This document shows, one piece after another, positions 8,411-17,856 of a DNA stretch of 32,814 bases. Source of the stretch: a virus (taxonomy: Duplodnaviria > Caudoviricetes); IMG/VR virus record IMGVR_UViG_3300005805_000273, positions 1 through 32,814 of that record; one strand, given 5' to 3'. A program made the position numbers and the translations under genes. The notes under the pieces were generated by a model, which was not told the DNA's origin, ran no database searches, and was given only the letters and a program-made list of their open reading frames with translations. Within the stretch, counting starts at the first letter, position 1; each line of letters starts with the position of its first letter.

Positions 8411-8445
8411 TAATTTTTCTCCATAATATCTTTTATTTATTCTTT

Positions 8446-9033
8446 TTATTTTTCTGCAATGCTCTCAGCATGTTGCATAACATTTAATCCAAACGAATAC
8501 CAAGCTGGAACATTTCGTTTGGTCCATTTTGCAAAATGCGATTTTTTCAATAAATAGTAATTTCTATAACTGGCAAGAGAGTCATAGCCATTTTTAACAG
8601 ATACTTTGCAATCATCTGGCATTGCTGGAGGCGGATCGGTCCATCCTGATACAGGAATATTACTAGGATGTTTTGCTAGTGCAAACAATAGTTTTTCAGT
8701 CTCATGTCTTTTACCATATCGAAAAGTGTATTCACGAAGAAGATGTGACCACATTTGATATAGCCAAAGATAATTAGAAAGTGATGTTCTAGTCCAAACT
8801 GCTGAAGGATGATTCACATGTGATGCTTTATATAATACATCATTTCTGGGGTCATTAATATTCCAACGCTGAAGTTTTCTTCCTTTAACATTTTCTATTG
8901 TTTTGTTTCCATCAAGAACTCTATGTGCAGTAGACATGAGTTGTGCATATTCGATAATCATTTTCACAACGTGTTTATCACAATGCATTTGTGAACAAAT
9001 TTCAGGACTACGATCTAGAAAAAAGATATTCAT
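8446..9033 (-). CDS. Pyrimidine-dimer DNA glycosylase-like protein
   Basis: MNIFFLD...HCDKHVVKMIIEYAQLMSTAH, H.NHPSAVW, YRNYY. Confidence 0.75.
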   Translation of the reverse strand: MNIFFLDRSPEICSQMHCDKHVVKMIIEYAQLMSTAHRVLDGNKTIENVKGRKLQRWNINDPRNDVLYKASHVNHPSAVWTRTSLSNYLWLYQMWSHLLREYTFRYGKRHETEKLLFALAKHPSNIPVSGWTDPPPAMPDDCKVSVKNGYDSLASYRNYYLLKKSHFAKWTKRNVPAWYSFGLNVMQHAESIAEK

Positions 9034-9221
9034 TATGCATGACCACTTTGTACAAACATAGCAAGAAGAAACAAAATAACACCTCCAATAAGAAGTGAAT
9101 TGATTAATCTCTTAAAGAAAAAGAATGCTGCTGAAAAACCATACATTTCTCTTCGAGAGAAGAAGTATGGATAAAGGAAAAAAACAATAACGGAAATAGT
9201 AAGCCAAATTGTATATATCAT
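9033..9221 (-). CDS. Small membrane protein
   Basis: Two hydrophobic segments. Confidence 0.6.
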   Translation of the reverse strand: MIYTIWLTISVIVFFLYPYFFSRREMYGFSAAFFFFKRLINSLLIGGVILFLLAMFVQSGHA

Positions 9222-9241
9222 AATATAATTTCCAAAGTGAT

Positions 9242-9261
9242 GGGGGAGATTTCTCTCCCCC
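9242..9261. terminator. GC-rich hairpin after the porin-like gene (terminator or mRNA stabiliser)
   Basis: GGGGGAGA-tttc-TCTCCCCC; T tract only on the + side. Confidence 0.6.
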
Positions 9262-9267
9262 TATTTT

Positions 9268-9942
9268 TTAGAAGGACACTTTTAGCTGAGTAGCAAGCAT
9301 AGTATATCTTGAATTCCAGTCGTCGTCAAGTCTTGTTTCGACATATGGTCCAACAGAAATATTCTGATTAAACTTATAGTCCACACCTACTTGATAGCGA
9401 GACTGCTCAAATTCCATATCGGAAACATTGTTGTAGAAATCGACGCTCGCCCATGGAACAACCTTTTCAGTTAGCTTGTAATGAGTCCAAGCACCAGCAC
9501 GAAAACGTGCATAGTCTTCTCTTTCCGTAACAATATTATCCTCAACATCAAACATACGATACTCGATTCTTGGGCGCGCACGGAAAGACCAACGGTCAGT
9601 TACCTGCCATGATAGACCAGTATATTCAAGCCATGGACGATATTCCCATTGCTTGTATGCATCACCGTCTAGACCACGAATATCATAACCTGGATCACCA
9701 TTGATTCCATTATCTTCACCTAGCTCATCTTCTGCATAACGAAAACCACCAACTAGACCATTTTCAAATGCATACTTAATTTCGTGATGATCATAGTCAT
9801 CCTTGAAATAGGTACGGAAAGTATAGGTAAGAGGACCATGTTCGATTGAAACATTGTTTTCAACGAATTCAAAGTCATTGTCTTCGGCGTGGGCTGCGCC
9901 CATTGCAGCAAGAATAGCTGCGGCAATAATTGTCTTCTTCAT
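9268..9942 (-). CDS. Outer-membrane beta-barrel protein (KdgM/DUF2490-like porin)
   Basis: Signal peptide ending AHA, amphipathic aromatic strands (RPRIEYR, RYQVGVDYKF), C-terminal Phe (LKVSF). Confidence 0.8.
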   Translation of the reverse strand: MKKTIIAAAILAAMGAAHAEDNDFEFVENNVSIEHGPLTYTFRTYFKDDYDHHEIKYAFENGLVGGFRYAEDELGEDNGINGDPGYDIRGLDGDAYKQWEYRPWLEYTGLSWQVTDRWSFRARPRIEYRMFDVEDNIVTEREDYARFRAGAWTHYKLTEKVVPWASVDFYNNVSDMEFEQSRYQVGVDYKFNQNISVGPYVETRLDDDWNSRYTMLATQLKVSF

Positions 9943-9953
9943 TAAGTTCTCCT

Positions 9954-10121
9954 TTAGTCTTGTATAAACATTTTTTTGATTTCAGCTTCTCTCTGTTCTA
10001 ATGTTTTTTGATTTTCTTTATTGAGAGAAGCTAAATTATTTTCAAGAGCATTCAGTTTATCTCTTTCCTTTTCTATTTCTTCTCTAACTCTTTTTATTGC
10101 ATCTTGCAATTCTTTTGTCAT
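9954..10121 (-). CDS. Small coiled-coil hypothetical protein (55 aa)
   Basis: Hand-translated MTKELQDAIKRVREEIEKE...; GGAG RBS. Confidence 0.65.
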   Translation of the reverse strand: MTKELQDAIKRVREEIEKERDKLNALENNLASLNKENQKTLEQREAEIKKMFIQD

Positions 10122-10132
10122 AAGTGCTCCAA

Positions 10133-10525
10133 TTAATAATTTTTGTATAAATCAAGATTGTAACGCTTTAATTTGCTTTTCCATTCATAGAAGTTTTTGC
10201 CATGAGTCATTTTTTGATATTCAACCCACTCATGCAGATGAATCATTTCATGTGTGATAACTTCTATAAATCTTTTTCTACTTTCAAATTTTGATTTTAT
10301 TTTAAGTGTATAAGTTGTATCATCACATTCGCACAGGGCATGAAAAGTCTTATAGTTTCCTACTTCTATTTCATGAAATCTCGGTAATCTATTATTAAAT
10401 ATTACCGTATTGATTACATTAAACCAAAATTGTACTTTTCTTTCTGTAACTTCAATCGCAGTAGAATCATCATAAGAAGCATTCTTAATTCTTTTTCTGC
10501 ATTTGAATAGATATGCGCGGTCCAA
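10133..10525 (-). CDS. SprT-like zinc metalloprotease
   Basis: N..IFNNRLP, HEMIH, THGKNF..W. Confidence 0.8.
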   Translation of the reverse strand: MDRAYLFKCRKRIKNASYDDSTAIEVTERKVQFWFNVINTVIFNNRLPRFHEIEVGNYKTFHALCECDDTTYTLKIKSKFESRKRFIEVITHEMIHLHEWVEYQKMTHGKNFYEWKSKLKRYNLDLYKNY

Positions 10526-11252
10526 TTTGAATCCTCTTTTGTAGCCAAGGAAAATTATTTACAGATTTATATTTCTGAATCTGATTAGAATTACCAGTCA
10601 CAAAAAAATCTTTCGTTACGGAACCATCATTACCGCCTAAACGATAACACAGAGTGTGTTGATTGTTACAGTTGTAGTTATTAAAATAAGTTTTTAGTGC
10701 ATTAAAAAATTGTCGATCCGCTCCCCATTGACCATACCAAAAATGCCCAATAGCAATAGCCACCTGACGTTTTACAAGAAATGAAGAAGTGTCTATATGA
10801 TACGCCTCTTCATTAAAATATACAGGCCATTTACCTAGACTCTCACAGTTATCGTCACAGACATAATTTTCATCTTTATCAAAAATTTTTCTGAGAGAAT
10901 AAGCCCAGTCACATGAGGCAATTGATTCAATTAGGGATTCTATGTGATTTGGTTCGAACCAATTATCCTCATCTAGATAAGCAATCGTGTCTTGGTTTAC
11001 AAGAAAGGAGCACGCAGCATAAACTCGATGCCCGTACCATCCTTTTCCAATATTTTCATCCAAAACATTCAATCTATATTTAGTCGAATCAAATTCAGAC
11101 ATAATTTTTTGAATTTTATCCAAATTTTGTTTTCCATCAACAAAAATGTGATGCACAATATTAGAATAAGTCTGTCTTGCAACAGATTCCGCACATTTTC
11201 TTAATGTGTCAGCTCCAATAGACGGGGTGACAATCGCGACACTAAAACTCAT
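10485..11252 (-). CDS. Glycosyltransferase family 2
   Basis: VAIVTP, SVARQTY, FVDG, YLDEDNW (DxD), ADRQFF. Confidence 0.85.
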   Translation of the reverse strand: MSFSVAIVTPSIGADTLRKCAESVARQTYSNIVHHIFVDGKQNLDKIQKIMSEFDSTKYRLNVLDENIGKGWYGHRVYAACSFLVNQDTIAYLDEDNWFEPNHIESLIESIASCDWAYSLRKIFDKDENYVCDDNCESLGKWPVYFNEEAYHIDTSSFLVKRQVAIAIGHFWYGQWGADRQFFNALKTYFNNYNCNNQHTLCYRLGGNDGSVTKDFFVTGNSNQIQKYKSVNNFPWLQKRIQIGPRISIQMQKKN

Positions 11253-11692
11253 GCAGCCACTTTCCTTTTTTCAATTTCAATGTCAGGATATACTTCTTTT
11301 ACGAGTTTAGCAGTTAAAAACTTAATCTTCAAGTCTTTTTTAAGCATTGCCAACAATAACAATGCCTCTTCCTTGTGAATTGCTTCTAGCATATTCTTGA
11401 GAACATATTCTTTCTTGTCTTCGGTAAGCCCTGCTGGTGTCTTAGGATGACCTTCTACAAAAAGATACACTCTATCCATTTCATTATGAAGAGTGCTATA
11501 GTTTAATCCTTCGGGTTCTACTGCTGGACGATATGTGGGTATATTTACCTTAAAAGTAACATTCGGGTCAAATGCGCCTCTCAAAAATTCCTTGAATTGA
11601 GGAGTGTGATTATTGCGAAGATATGTCAATCTCTCTTCTCTAGTTTTTAACTGTTCAAATTTTTCGAATATTTCGTGAAATAATAGAAACAT
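11249..11692 (-). CDS. Conserved T4-like phage hypothetical protein
   Basis: EI...AFDP...MLEAIH.EEA.LL..M..K.L...LT..LV...P pattern, downstream of rnh. Confidence 0.7.
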   Translation of the reverse strand: MFLLFHEIFEKFEQLKTREERLTYLRNNHTPQFKEFLRGAFDPNVTFKVNIPTYRPAVEPEGLNYSTLHNEMDRVYLFVEGHPKTPAGLTEDKKEYVLKNMLEAIHKEEALLLLAMLKKDLKIKFLTAKLVKEVYPDIEIEKRKVAA

Positions 11693-11703
11693 GGTTTTTC
11701 CTT

Positions 11704-12552
11704 TTAAAAGTCATCAAATACTTCCATCAAATTATTCAATCGATTCTTGATCATATAATTGAGAAAACTTTGCTTTGATGCGGGTTTTGTTTCTTCATAA
11801 CTCTGAAGAATATTTGTTTTAATATCGTTTGGAATGAATTCAAAATCAATCATAAGTTGATTGCGTGAATAATTTCTCATCATTTCATCATTACAAAAAA
11901 ATTCAGGTTCTTGATATAACCACTGTTCGAGCTTTTTCTTTGTGATAGAACCTTGTTTTTTTCCTTCTACAAGAAAAACATCATCATGTGAAAGGATATT
12001 TGGAATACCATCAGAAGAATCTCCACGAATAATCATTTCTTTTAGATAAAGGGATGCATCTTTACCGTTGATTTTCTTTTTCAGAATTGGAGAATACTGT
12101 TCAACATTAGAGCACTTTTGTAGCTGAATAAAATCTTTGTCATTTGACAGAATCATGATTTTTTCTTTGTCTGAAAATTCGGATGTCAATACGGCAATAA
12201 TATCGTCGGCCTCAGCCCGTTCTACATCGAGAACGGTATACGGCGAAAATTCTTTCAGTTCTTGTTTGATTTTATTCAAGCATTCAAAAATTAGATTCCA
12301 ATCATGTACAGAAGCATCACGCATCTTTTTGCGGCCAGCTTTGTAATTTGGAAAATATTCTCGTCTCCAATACTTTTTATTGTCACAGGCAATGACGACC
12401 TTTCCAAAACTTCGGAAAGTTTTTACATTCATTCTAATAGTATTTAGCACCATGTGTCGGACAAGCCCCTCATCCAATTTAACTTTAGATGAAGAACCGA
12501 CCTGCATCATGAGATTAGAAATCATGACCTGATTGAGGTCGATGAGTAGCAT
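11704..12552 (-). CDS. rnh: T4-like RNase H (5'-3' exonuclease)
   Basis: LIDLNQ, YWRREYFPNYK, EADDIIA, SNDKDFIQL, GDSSDGIPN. Confidence 0.96.
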   Translation of the reverse strand: MLLIDLNQVMISNLMMQVGSSSKVKLDEGLVRHMVLNTIRMNVKTFRSFGKVVIACDNKKYWRREYFPNYKAGRKKMRDASVHDWNLIFECLNKIKQELKEFSPYTVLDVERAEADDIIAVLTSEFSDKEKIMILSNDKDFIQLQKCSNVEQYSPILKKKINGKDASLYLKEMIIRGDSSDGIPNILSHDDVFLVEGKKQGSITKKKLEQWLYQEPEFFCNDEMMRNYSRNQLMIDFEFIPNDIKTNILQSYEETKPASKQSFLNYMIKNRLNNLMEVFDDF

Positions 12553-12571
12553 GAGTAGCCTTTCTATTTTG

Positions 12572-13678
12572 TTAGATTATTCGAACAAGTATAGTATCAC
12601 GATTGATTCGACCTGTCAAGCGTGATTCTTTGGCATTAATATTTTTAAGGAAAGTTTTTAGGAATCCTTTCCCACTTTTTAGGACTTCAGGAATCGTTTC
12701 TAGAGGCTTACGAAGCGTTTTAGCGGTCGACGACTCTAGGCTATAGTTGAGCACCGACGACCCCTTAATCGACAGCCCTGCGGCGTCCTGCGCCGTGTAG
12801 ACTCCGAGCTTTCTCGTCTTGATATTGAATACCCATAGTTGACTAGCAGAAACGATCTTTTCCGGGTTAACGGAAGAGAATCCGAACACTTTGTCTTCCT
12901 TGCAATACTGCAATTTGGAAACTAATTGTTCTGGTGTTTTTACCTTTCTTTTCCTAGGTTTCTTAGTTATATTCCTAGTGCTAATAATCTCCATGGAATC
13001 AGTTATGAAAGAGTCAAACATTGCAATAATCTTTTTCAGTTCAGACTTCTTGAAGTTAGAATATCCTTCTAGAAGGTCTGTTTCTTTTGTTGAGAGAATG
13101 TCTGAAAACTCTTTTCTTCGTTCCTTTGCCCAACTGAGAATTTTATTTGCATGAACGGACTTAACATTTTTTTCCATAAAGAGAGCTTTGGCTGAACCAT
13201 GGCTCTTGTAACCACCAAAAATAAAATCATCAAAGTAACCTTCTAATTCTCCAATCACAGAATCAGAAGTTTCGTTGATTCTATCCTGAATGTTAATCAC
13301 CTTTTTAGTGGGATCAGCAACAGAAACATTTTGGGTTAAAATCTTCTCAAGTCTTTCCTTCAAGAAAGAAATATGCTTTTCACCTAGAACAGCGCCTCGA
13401 ATAGAGATTCTGCAAAGATGTGCAAGTGTCGGATTAGAGTTCCAAACACTTGCACTAATTCCTTTATACCTATCTAGAGAATAATCATTTTTCTTTAGAT
13501 AGGCAGGAATAAATTTTTCTCTTTCGTTATCGTTTACATTTAGCGCATACCAGTTCAATGTCTTGATAAGAATCTCCTCAGCAATTTCAGATGAAGAATC
13601 AAATTTAGGTTCAGCACCAGAAATTGATTCTTGAATTTCTTTCAAAGTCTTTTTTGGTTTGTTTGCGCTCTTAGCCAT
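12572..13678 (-). CDS. Conserved hypothetical phage protein
   Basis: 368-aa ORF; LWVFNIKTRKLGVY, KTLRKP, GRIN.DT.L. Confidence 0.75.
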   Translation of the reverse strand: MAKSANKPKKTLKEIQESISGAEPKFDSSSEIAEEILIKTLNWYALNVNDNEREKFIPAYLKKNDYSLDRYKGISASVWNSNPTLAHLCRISIRGAVLGEKHISFLKERLEKILTQNVSVADPTKKVINIQDRINETSDSVIGELEGYFDDFIFGGYKSHGSAKALFMEKNVKSVHANKILSWAKERRKEFSDILSTKETDLLEGYSNFKKSELKKIIAMFDSFITDSMEIISTRNITKKPRKRKVKTPEQLVSKLQYCKEDKVFGFSSVNPEKIVSASQLWVFNIKTRKLGVYTAQDAAGLSIKGSSVLNYSLESSTAKTLRKPLETIPEVLKSGKGFLKTFLKNINAKESRLTGRINRDTILVRII

Positions 13679-13680
13679 GT

Positions 13681-14364
13681 TTAACCTTTAGTAAAAGAAG
13701 AACCCTTTGTTTCAACAGTAACCCAATAAGTAATTGGAACATTTCTGTTAGAGAATTGTGCGATACCATCTTTCGAAATTTTTACATCGTAGTCACCGCG
13801 AATAAACTTGAAGTAATTTACCTTGAAGCAAACACAAAACTTATCCCCAGTGCCTTCACACAAATGAATAGAATTGCTATTGCTTGAGTCATTCTTATTG
13901 TCAGTAACGACAGCTTCAATTTTACTTCCAGCACTGATAAAATTCAGATCAGGAAGAGATAGAGTGTTAGCAAACTGAAGCATAGACTCATACGCAGAAT
14001 ATGGAAGAACAAATTCCACATCAGGATTCTTTACTTCCAAACTCTTCCTTGGTGGAGTAATTACATGCTCAGGGTCACAGTAACGATACTTTGTTTTTGA
14101 CCTTCCGTCAAGCCCATTAATCGTCATTAGCTTATCTTGGAAGTCAATATCTGGACTTTTTCCACTAATCGACAGCACAGCAAGAAAAGTGGAAAGATCA
14201 TAAACGGCAAAAGGAATTTCAAAATTTTCTAATGCCTTATATTCCACTAATACTGTCTTTTGTGTATGAATGGTGCGAAGAGTATATCCTGCATCCACAC
14301 TTAGCCCATTATTAAAATACGAGAAGTTCTTTAACACTTCTATTGTTTGATCAGATATAATCAT
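13681..14364 (-). CDS. 45: Sliding clamp gp45
   Basis: S.QT..VLKNFS..N, FAVYDL..FL, GDYDV.IS, YWV..E. Confidence 0.9.
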   Translation of the reverse strand: MIISDQTIEVLKNFSYFNNGLSVDAGYTLRTIHTQKTVLVEYKALENFEIPFAVYDLSTFLAVLSISGKSPDIDFQDKLMTINGLDGRSKTKYRYCDPEHVITPPRKSLEVKNPDVEFVLPYSAYESMLQFANTLSLPDLNFISAGSKIEAVVTDNKNDSSNSNSIHLCEGTGDKFCVCFKVNYFKFIRGDYDVKISKDGIAQFSNRNVPITYWVTVETKGSSFTKG

Positions 14365-15011
14365 TGTGTAATACCACCTTTCATTTTTGTATTATGCCAT
14401 CCTAAAGAGTATAACATAGAATCAATATTTGATTCAAGATCTTTTAGACTACCTTCATTTTCGATGACATAATCGAATTCACATCCAATCCAATCCCATT
14501 CACTTACATGAACATCGTTTCTTGGAGGAAAAAACATAGAACGATCATTACCTAAATTTGTATTAAGAGCGTCATGATACCATTCTGGTTCTGGACCTCT
14601 CTTTACTCTTACAACAAAACCACCACTTTCACGAATACACTTAATTTCATTTTTGAATCGTACATCTGTTACGACAACTTTATCTTGCCCACGAGCACGA
14701 TTTAATAAAGAAATTATCCACAAGTCTTCATGAAAGATTTTTCTTCCAACTTCTGTTCCCATTAATTGCAGAGCAAGCCTTGGAGTAAAATCGTATCCAA
14801 ACTGATGGGACCAGTATTCATCTTTCTTTTCTCTCCAAAGACGAGAAATGTTGGTGTCTCCTTCAAGCATATTTCTTGGCCAATTAAAAATAACTGAGGT
14901 GGCATCCTTCAGGGGTGCAGCAAAGGAGTCTTTATGAAAACCCCTTTGTGCTAGAATATCACCAACAGTCCCTTTACCAGAACCAATGAATCCTACAATT
15001 CCGATAATCAT
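14361..15011 (-). CDS. 1: Deoxynucleoside monophosphate kinase (gp1-like)
   Basis: GFIGSGKGT, SFAAPLKD, TPRLALQLMGTE, DVRFKNE, HVSE. Confidence 0.93.
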   Translation of the reverse strand: MIIGIVGFIGSGKGTVGDILAQRGFHKDSFAAPLKDATSVIFNWPRNMLEGDTNISRLWREKKDEYWSHQFGYDFTPRLALQLMGTEVGRKIFHEDLWIISLLNRARGQDKVVVTDVRFKNEIKCIRESGGFVVRVKRGPEPEWYHDALNTNLGNDRSMFFPPRNDVHVSEWDWIGCEFDYVIENEGSLKDLESNIDSMLYSLGWHNTKMKGGITQ

Positions 15012-15805
15012 ATTCTACCTGTCAACTCGGCAATCTTAGGCATGTCGCCAGTAAAAGCATAAGTGCCAATATGTTGAGTCTTCATCCATGGGCACAACCA
15101 AACTTGGCCACCAATCTTTCTCCAATATTGACAGAACATATAATCTTCAGAAAGATATCTGTCTGATACACCATGATCAATTACTGTATCAAAGTATGCG
15201 TGAATATATCTTGAGCCATCAAAATGTTGCTGTCCAACATGATCTGGCTTGTAGCGAAGCTGTGGATATGCAGCCTCCATTTTTGGAAAGACTTCACGTT
15301 TAATCATCATAAACCCAGTTCCAATTTCCATTACTTCAAGAGGGTCACTTACACTAAATTGCTGTGTGCCTCTCACTACATTGAAAACATATTCGCCAGC
15401 AAGTTTTTCAAGTTCTCGCGGATCTATGTTTGGATGTTTTCTTGCACCTTCAGCGATATTGCCCCAGTTAATCGACTTCTTAGGATAAGGTGCACCTATA
15501 ATATCCTTGTTCAAAGCTAATAGGGCAACCACATCATTTGGATCATAATGAATGTCGGAATCGATAAAAAGGAGATGAGTACATTCACTTCTAAGGAATT
15601 CATCAACCAGATAATTTCTTGCTCTCGTAATTAATGATTCGTTAAAAAGAAATGAAAATTTGGTTTGTACGCCATATTGAGCCATGGTAATCTGTAAATC
15701 AAGAGACGACTTGACATAGAGACCATGAGCCATGCCACCATACATTGGAGTGGCAATAAAAAGTTTATTTTTCTTTAATTCTTCTACACTTATTGTCAAT
15801 TCCAT
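15008..15805 (-). CDS. GT-A fold glycosyltransferase-like protein (start reassigned to MELTIS)
   Basis: IATPMYGG, NESLITRARN, LFIDSDI, GTGFM, YLSEDYMFC; the longer ORF call runs through a terminator. Confidence 0.82.
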   Translation of the reverse strand: MELTISVEELKKNKLFIATPMYGGMAHGLYVKSSLDLQITMAQYGVQTKFSFLFNESLITRARNYLVDEFLRSECTHLLFIDSDIHYDPNDVVALLALNKDIIGAPYPKKSINWGNIAEGARKHPNIDPRELEKLAGEYVFNVVRGTQQFSVSDPLEVMEIGTGFMMIKREVFPKMEAAYPQLRYKPDHVGQQHFDGSRYIHAYFDTVIDHGVSDRYLSEDYMFCQYWRKIGGQVWLCPWMKTQHIGTYAFTGDMPKIAELTGRI

Positions 15806-15820
15806 GAACTTTCCTTTTAT

Positions 15821-15846
15821 AAAAAAAGGGTGGCATTGCGCCACCC
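15821..15846 (-). terminator. Intrinsic terminator
   Basis: GGGTGGC-gcaat-GCCACCC-TTTTTTT. Confidence 0.85.
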
Positions 15847-15866
15847 CATGTTTGTTTTTATTTTGA

Positions 15867-16109
15867 TTAGGCAAACATCTTGGAGACCGACTGAGCATCA
15901 GCCAGACGATAAGCCTTTACGCGACGGCCGTCCTTGAGGCGACGGTTATTGGTGTAGATACGGAAACCTTCTGAACGAAGGTCGTAAATTCGTGCGGCTA
16001 CATGCTGAACCTTGAACATCGCACGAGCTTGGCGCGTGGTCAATTCATTCTGCTTGCCAACGGCGTTAGTCTTGGTCAGGTAACGAAGAATATTCATCTT
16101 AGAACTCAT
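15867..16109 (-). CDS. Small winged-HTH-like DNA-binding protein
   Basis: LT.RQA..MF....AARIYDLRSEGF.I; GGAG RBS; has its own promoter and terminator. Confidence 0.7.
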   Translation of the reverse strand: MSSKMNILRYLTKTNAVGKQNELTTRQARAMFKVQHVAARIYDLRSEGFRIYTNNRRLKDGRRVKAYRLADAQSVSKMFA

Positions 16110-16159
16110 AATTATCACTCCTATAATTTTAAAGTATGATAGTTTGTCTATCGTGTATC

Positions 16160-16188
16160 AGTATACTTCAAGCTAATCGTTTCGTCAA
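16160..16188 (-). promoter_or_regulatory. Sigma70-type promoter
   Basis: TTGACG-N17-TATACT. Confidence 0.8.
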
Positions 16189-16222
16189 TACTCACAAGAA
16201 CATTTTCCTATAAAAGTATTTA

Positions 16223-16564
16223 TCAACAAAACTCAAAAACCTTCTTAGCTATTTGAATGTTTTCCTCTAAATTCTTTAGATTCGTATTCAAGACAGCGGC
16301 GAAGATTCCAATCTTCGATAAATTTTCCACATATCGAAAAGGTTTTCCATCCATGAAGTTTGCTTCAAATTCATCCGTGAGCTTTATTCTATCATCCCCA
16401 TCAAATTGAAACAATAGAATTTTGTACTTTTCTGAAAAGATATTTACATCTTTTCTCTCACATTCCATTGCTTGATAACGAATCATCATTTTATCTTTCT
16501 CACGGAAAGGTACAGAAAAAATGACTACATTCTCACCCAAGGAATCAAAATCATCAGGTTCCAT
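16223..16564 (-). CDS. Hypothetical protein
   Basis: ORF coupled to the upstream gene. Confidence 0.6.
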   Translation of the reverse strand: MEPDDFDSLGENVVIFSVPFREKDKMMIRYQAMECERKDVNIFSEKYKILLFQFDGDDRIKLTDEFEANFMDGKPFRYVENLSKIGIFAAVLNTNLKNLEENIQIAKKVFEFC

Positions 16565-16734
16565 TAATAATTCAAATCTAAATCTTCATAGCCATAATTG
16601 AATTTGTCTTTTCTCTTATGAGAATTATTCTTCGAATCCATGTCGCCATAAAGTCTAAACTTTTTACTTTTTACTTCTTTTGAAAATTTGTTTCTACGCT
16701 TTTGCTTGCGTTCATGTTTAGTTTCAAATACCAT
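16564..16734 (-). CDS. Small basic hypothetical protein (MVFETKHERKQKRR...)
   Basis: Start reassigned to minimise overlap; AGGAAG upstream. Confidence 0.6.
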   Translation of the reverse strand: MVFETKHERKQKRRNKFSKEVKSKKFRLYGDMDSKNNSHKRKDKFNYGYEDLDLNY

Positions 16735-16945
16735 CTTCCTCTTCTCCGTCCTCAGTTTCAGTATTTTTACAATTGTCAAAGTCATCAACAATTTCCACAT
16801 GACCATCAAAATAATAACCACAAGCCCGTAAAAATCTCTCAAATGCTTCACACATATCTGTGAGATTCAAATGAGGTTCAACGGTCACACTAACGGTCAC
16901 CGCTTCATCGCCAATGATACCATTTTTTACAGTAAAAGTATTCAT
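16724..16945 (-). CDS. Hypothetical protein
   Basis: FERFLRACGYYFDG motif, acidic tail. Confidence 0.7.
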   Translation of the reverse strand: MNTFTVKNGIIGDEAVTVSVTVEPHLNLTDMCEAFERFLRACGYYFDGHVEIVDDFDNCKNTETEDGEEEDGI

Positions 16946-16948
16946 ATT

Positions 16949-17443
16949 TTAATCCCACAAACTATAATAATATTCACCAAATAAATCGAAGCCTTCTTGC
17001 ATTCGGTCACGATGTTTTCTAGCACCTTCAAAATCATAAATGTAAGTATGATTTGAACCATGTTTCAATTCACTAAGATCAGTGTTTGCAATTTTTTCCC
17101 AAGTGAAATCTGTTTCACCTGATTCATATTGTTTTTCCCAATCAATATTGACCTGTTCAAATGCCCAGATCATTTTGTCCATTATTTCTTCCCATTGTTT
17201 ATGTCCCTCTTCCCAGGCATAATCATCTCCTTCTTCATAGAAGTCGAAACAAAATTGTGTGGAATTTTTTGAAGTTTGTGTATGTGCGGACATGAGAGGA
17301 GAGCCGCGTTTAGATTCTTTTAGCTGCTTGAGCATAGGAAGAATAATATAGGCTAGAGTGGAGTTCATGTTCCACGTATCATGAGGATCGATGCGAACAT
17401 CAATCTTTCTATTTTTTCTGTAAGGACCAATATTAATTTTCAT
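16949..17443 (-). CDS. Conserved hypothetical phage protein
   Basis: DTWNM..TLA.IILPMLKQL, MIWAFE, GF.LFGEYY.SLWD. Confidence 0.75.
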   Translation of the reverse strand: MKINIGPYRKNRKIDVRIDPHDTWNMNSTLAYIILPMLKQLKESKRGSPLMSAHTQTSKNSTQFCFDFYEEGDDYAWEEGHKQWEEIMDKMIWAFEQVNIDWEKQYESGETDFTWEKIANTDLSELKHGSNHTYIYDFEGARKHRDRMQEGFDLFGEYYYSLWD

Positions 17444-17465
17444 ATCACATTACTATATATAAAAT

Positions 17466-17541
17466 TGGTGGACCGTATAGGGGTCGAACCTATGACCAAT
17501 GGATTAAAAGTCCACTGCTCTACCAACTGAGCTAACGGTCC
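17466..17541 (-). tRNA. tRNA-Lys(TTT)
   Basis: Cloverleaf, loop CT-TTT-AA, CCA. Confidence 0.95.
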
Positions 17542-17549
17542 ATTATTCA

Positions 17550-17623
17550 TGGCAGGGATATAAGGACTCGAACCTCAACTAACAGAGTCAAAGTCTGCTG
17601 TGCTACCATTACACCATATCCCT
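17550..17623 (-). tRNA. tRNA-Gln(TTG)
   Basis: Loop CT-TTG-AC, GCCA end. Confidence 0.95.
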
Positions 17624-17628
17624 TTAAA

Positions 17629-17705
17629 TGGTGGGCCCTGAGGGACTTGAACCCCCAACCAAGTGATTATGAGTCACCTGCTCTGACCAATTGAGCTAAA
17701 GGCCC
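17629..17705 (-). tRNA. tRNA with CAT anticodon, probably Ile2 (lysidine type)
   Basis: AGAGCAGGTGACTCATAATCACTTGG resembles enterobacterial ileX; lacks the initiator GGG/CCC anticodon stem. Confidence 0.85.
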
Positions 17706-17851
17706 TGTGCATCTTTATATCCATCATAATAACACATTTGTGCAAACTTGTAAAGTGCTTTCAGGAAAAGCTGAATATCTTTAGAGTCAGATTCCCACCA
17801 CTGCTGAATACCTGAGATATTTGCAAACTGTTCAAATTTTTCTTTATTCAT
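17696..17851 (-). CDS. Small hypothetical protein between tRNAs (51 aa)
   Basis: MNKEKFEQF...; its stop codon lies inside the 5' end of the CAT tRNA. Confidence 0.5.
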   Translation of the reverse strand: MNKEKFEQFANISGIQQWWESDSKDIQLFLKALYKFAQMCYYDGYKDAQGL

Positions 17852-17856
17852 AAATT

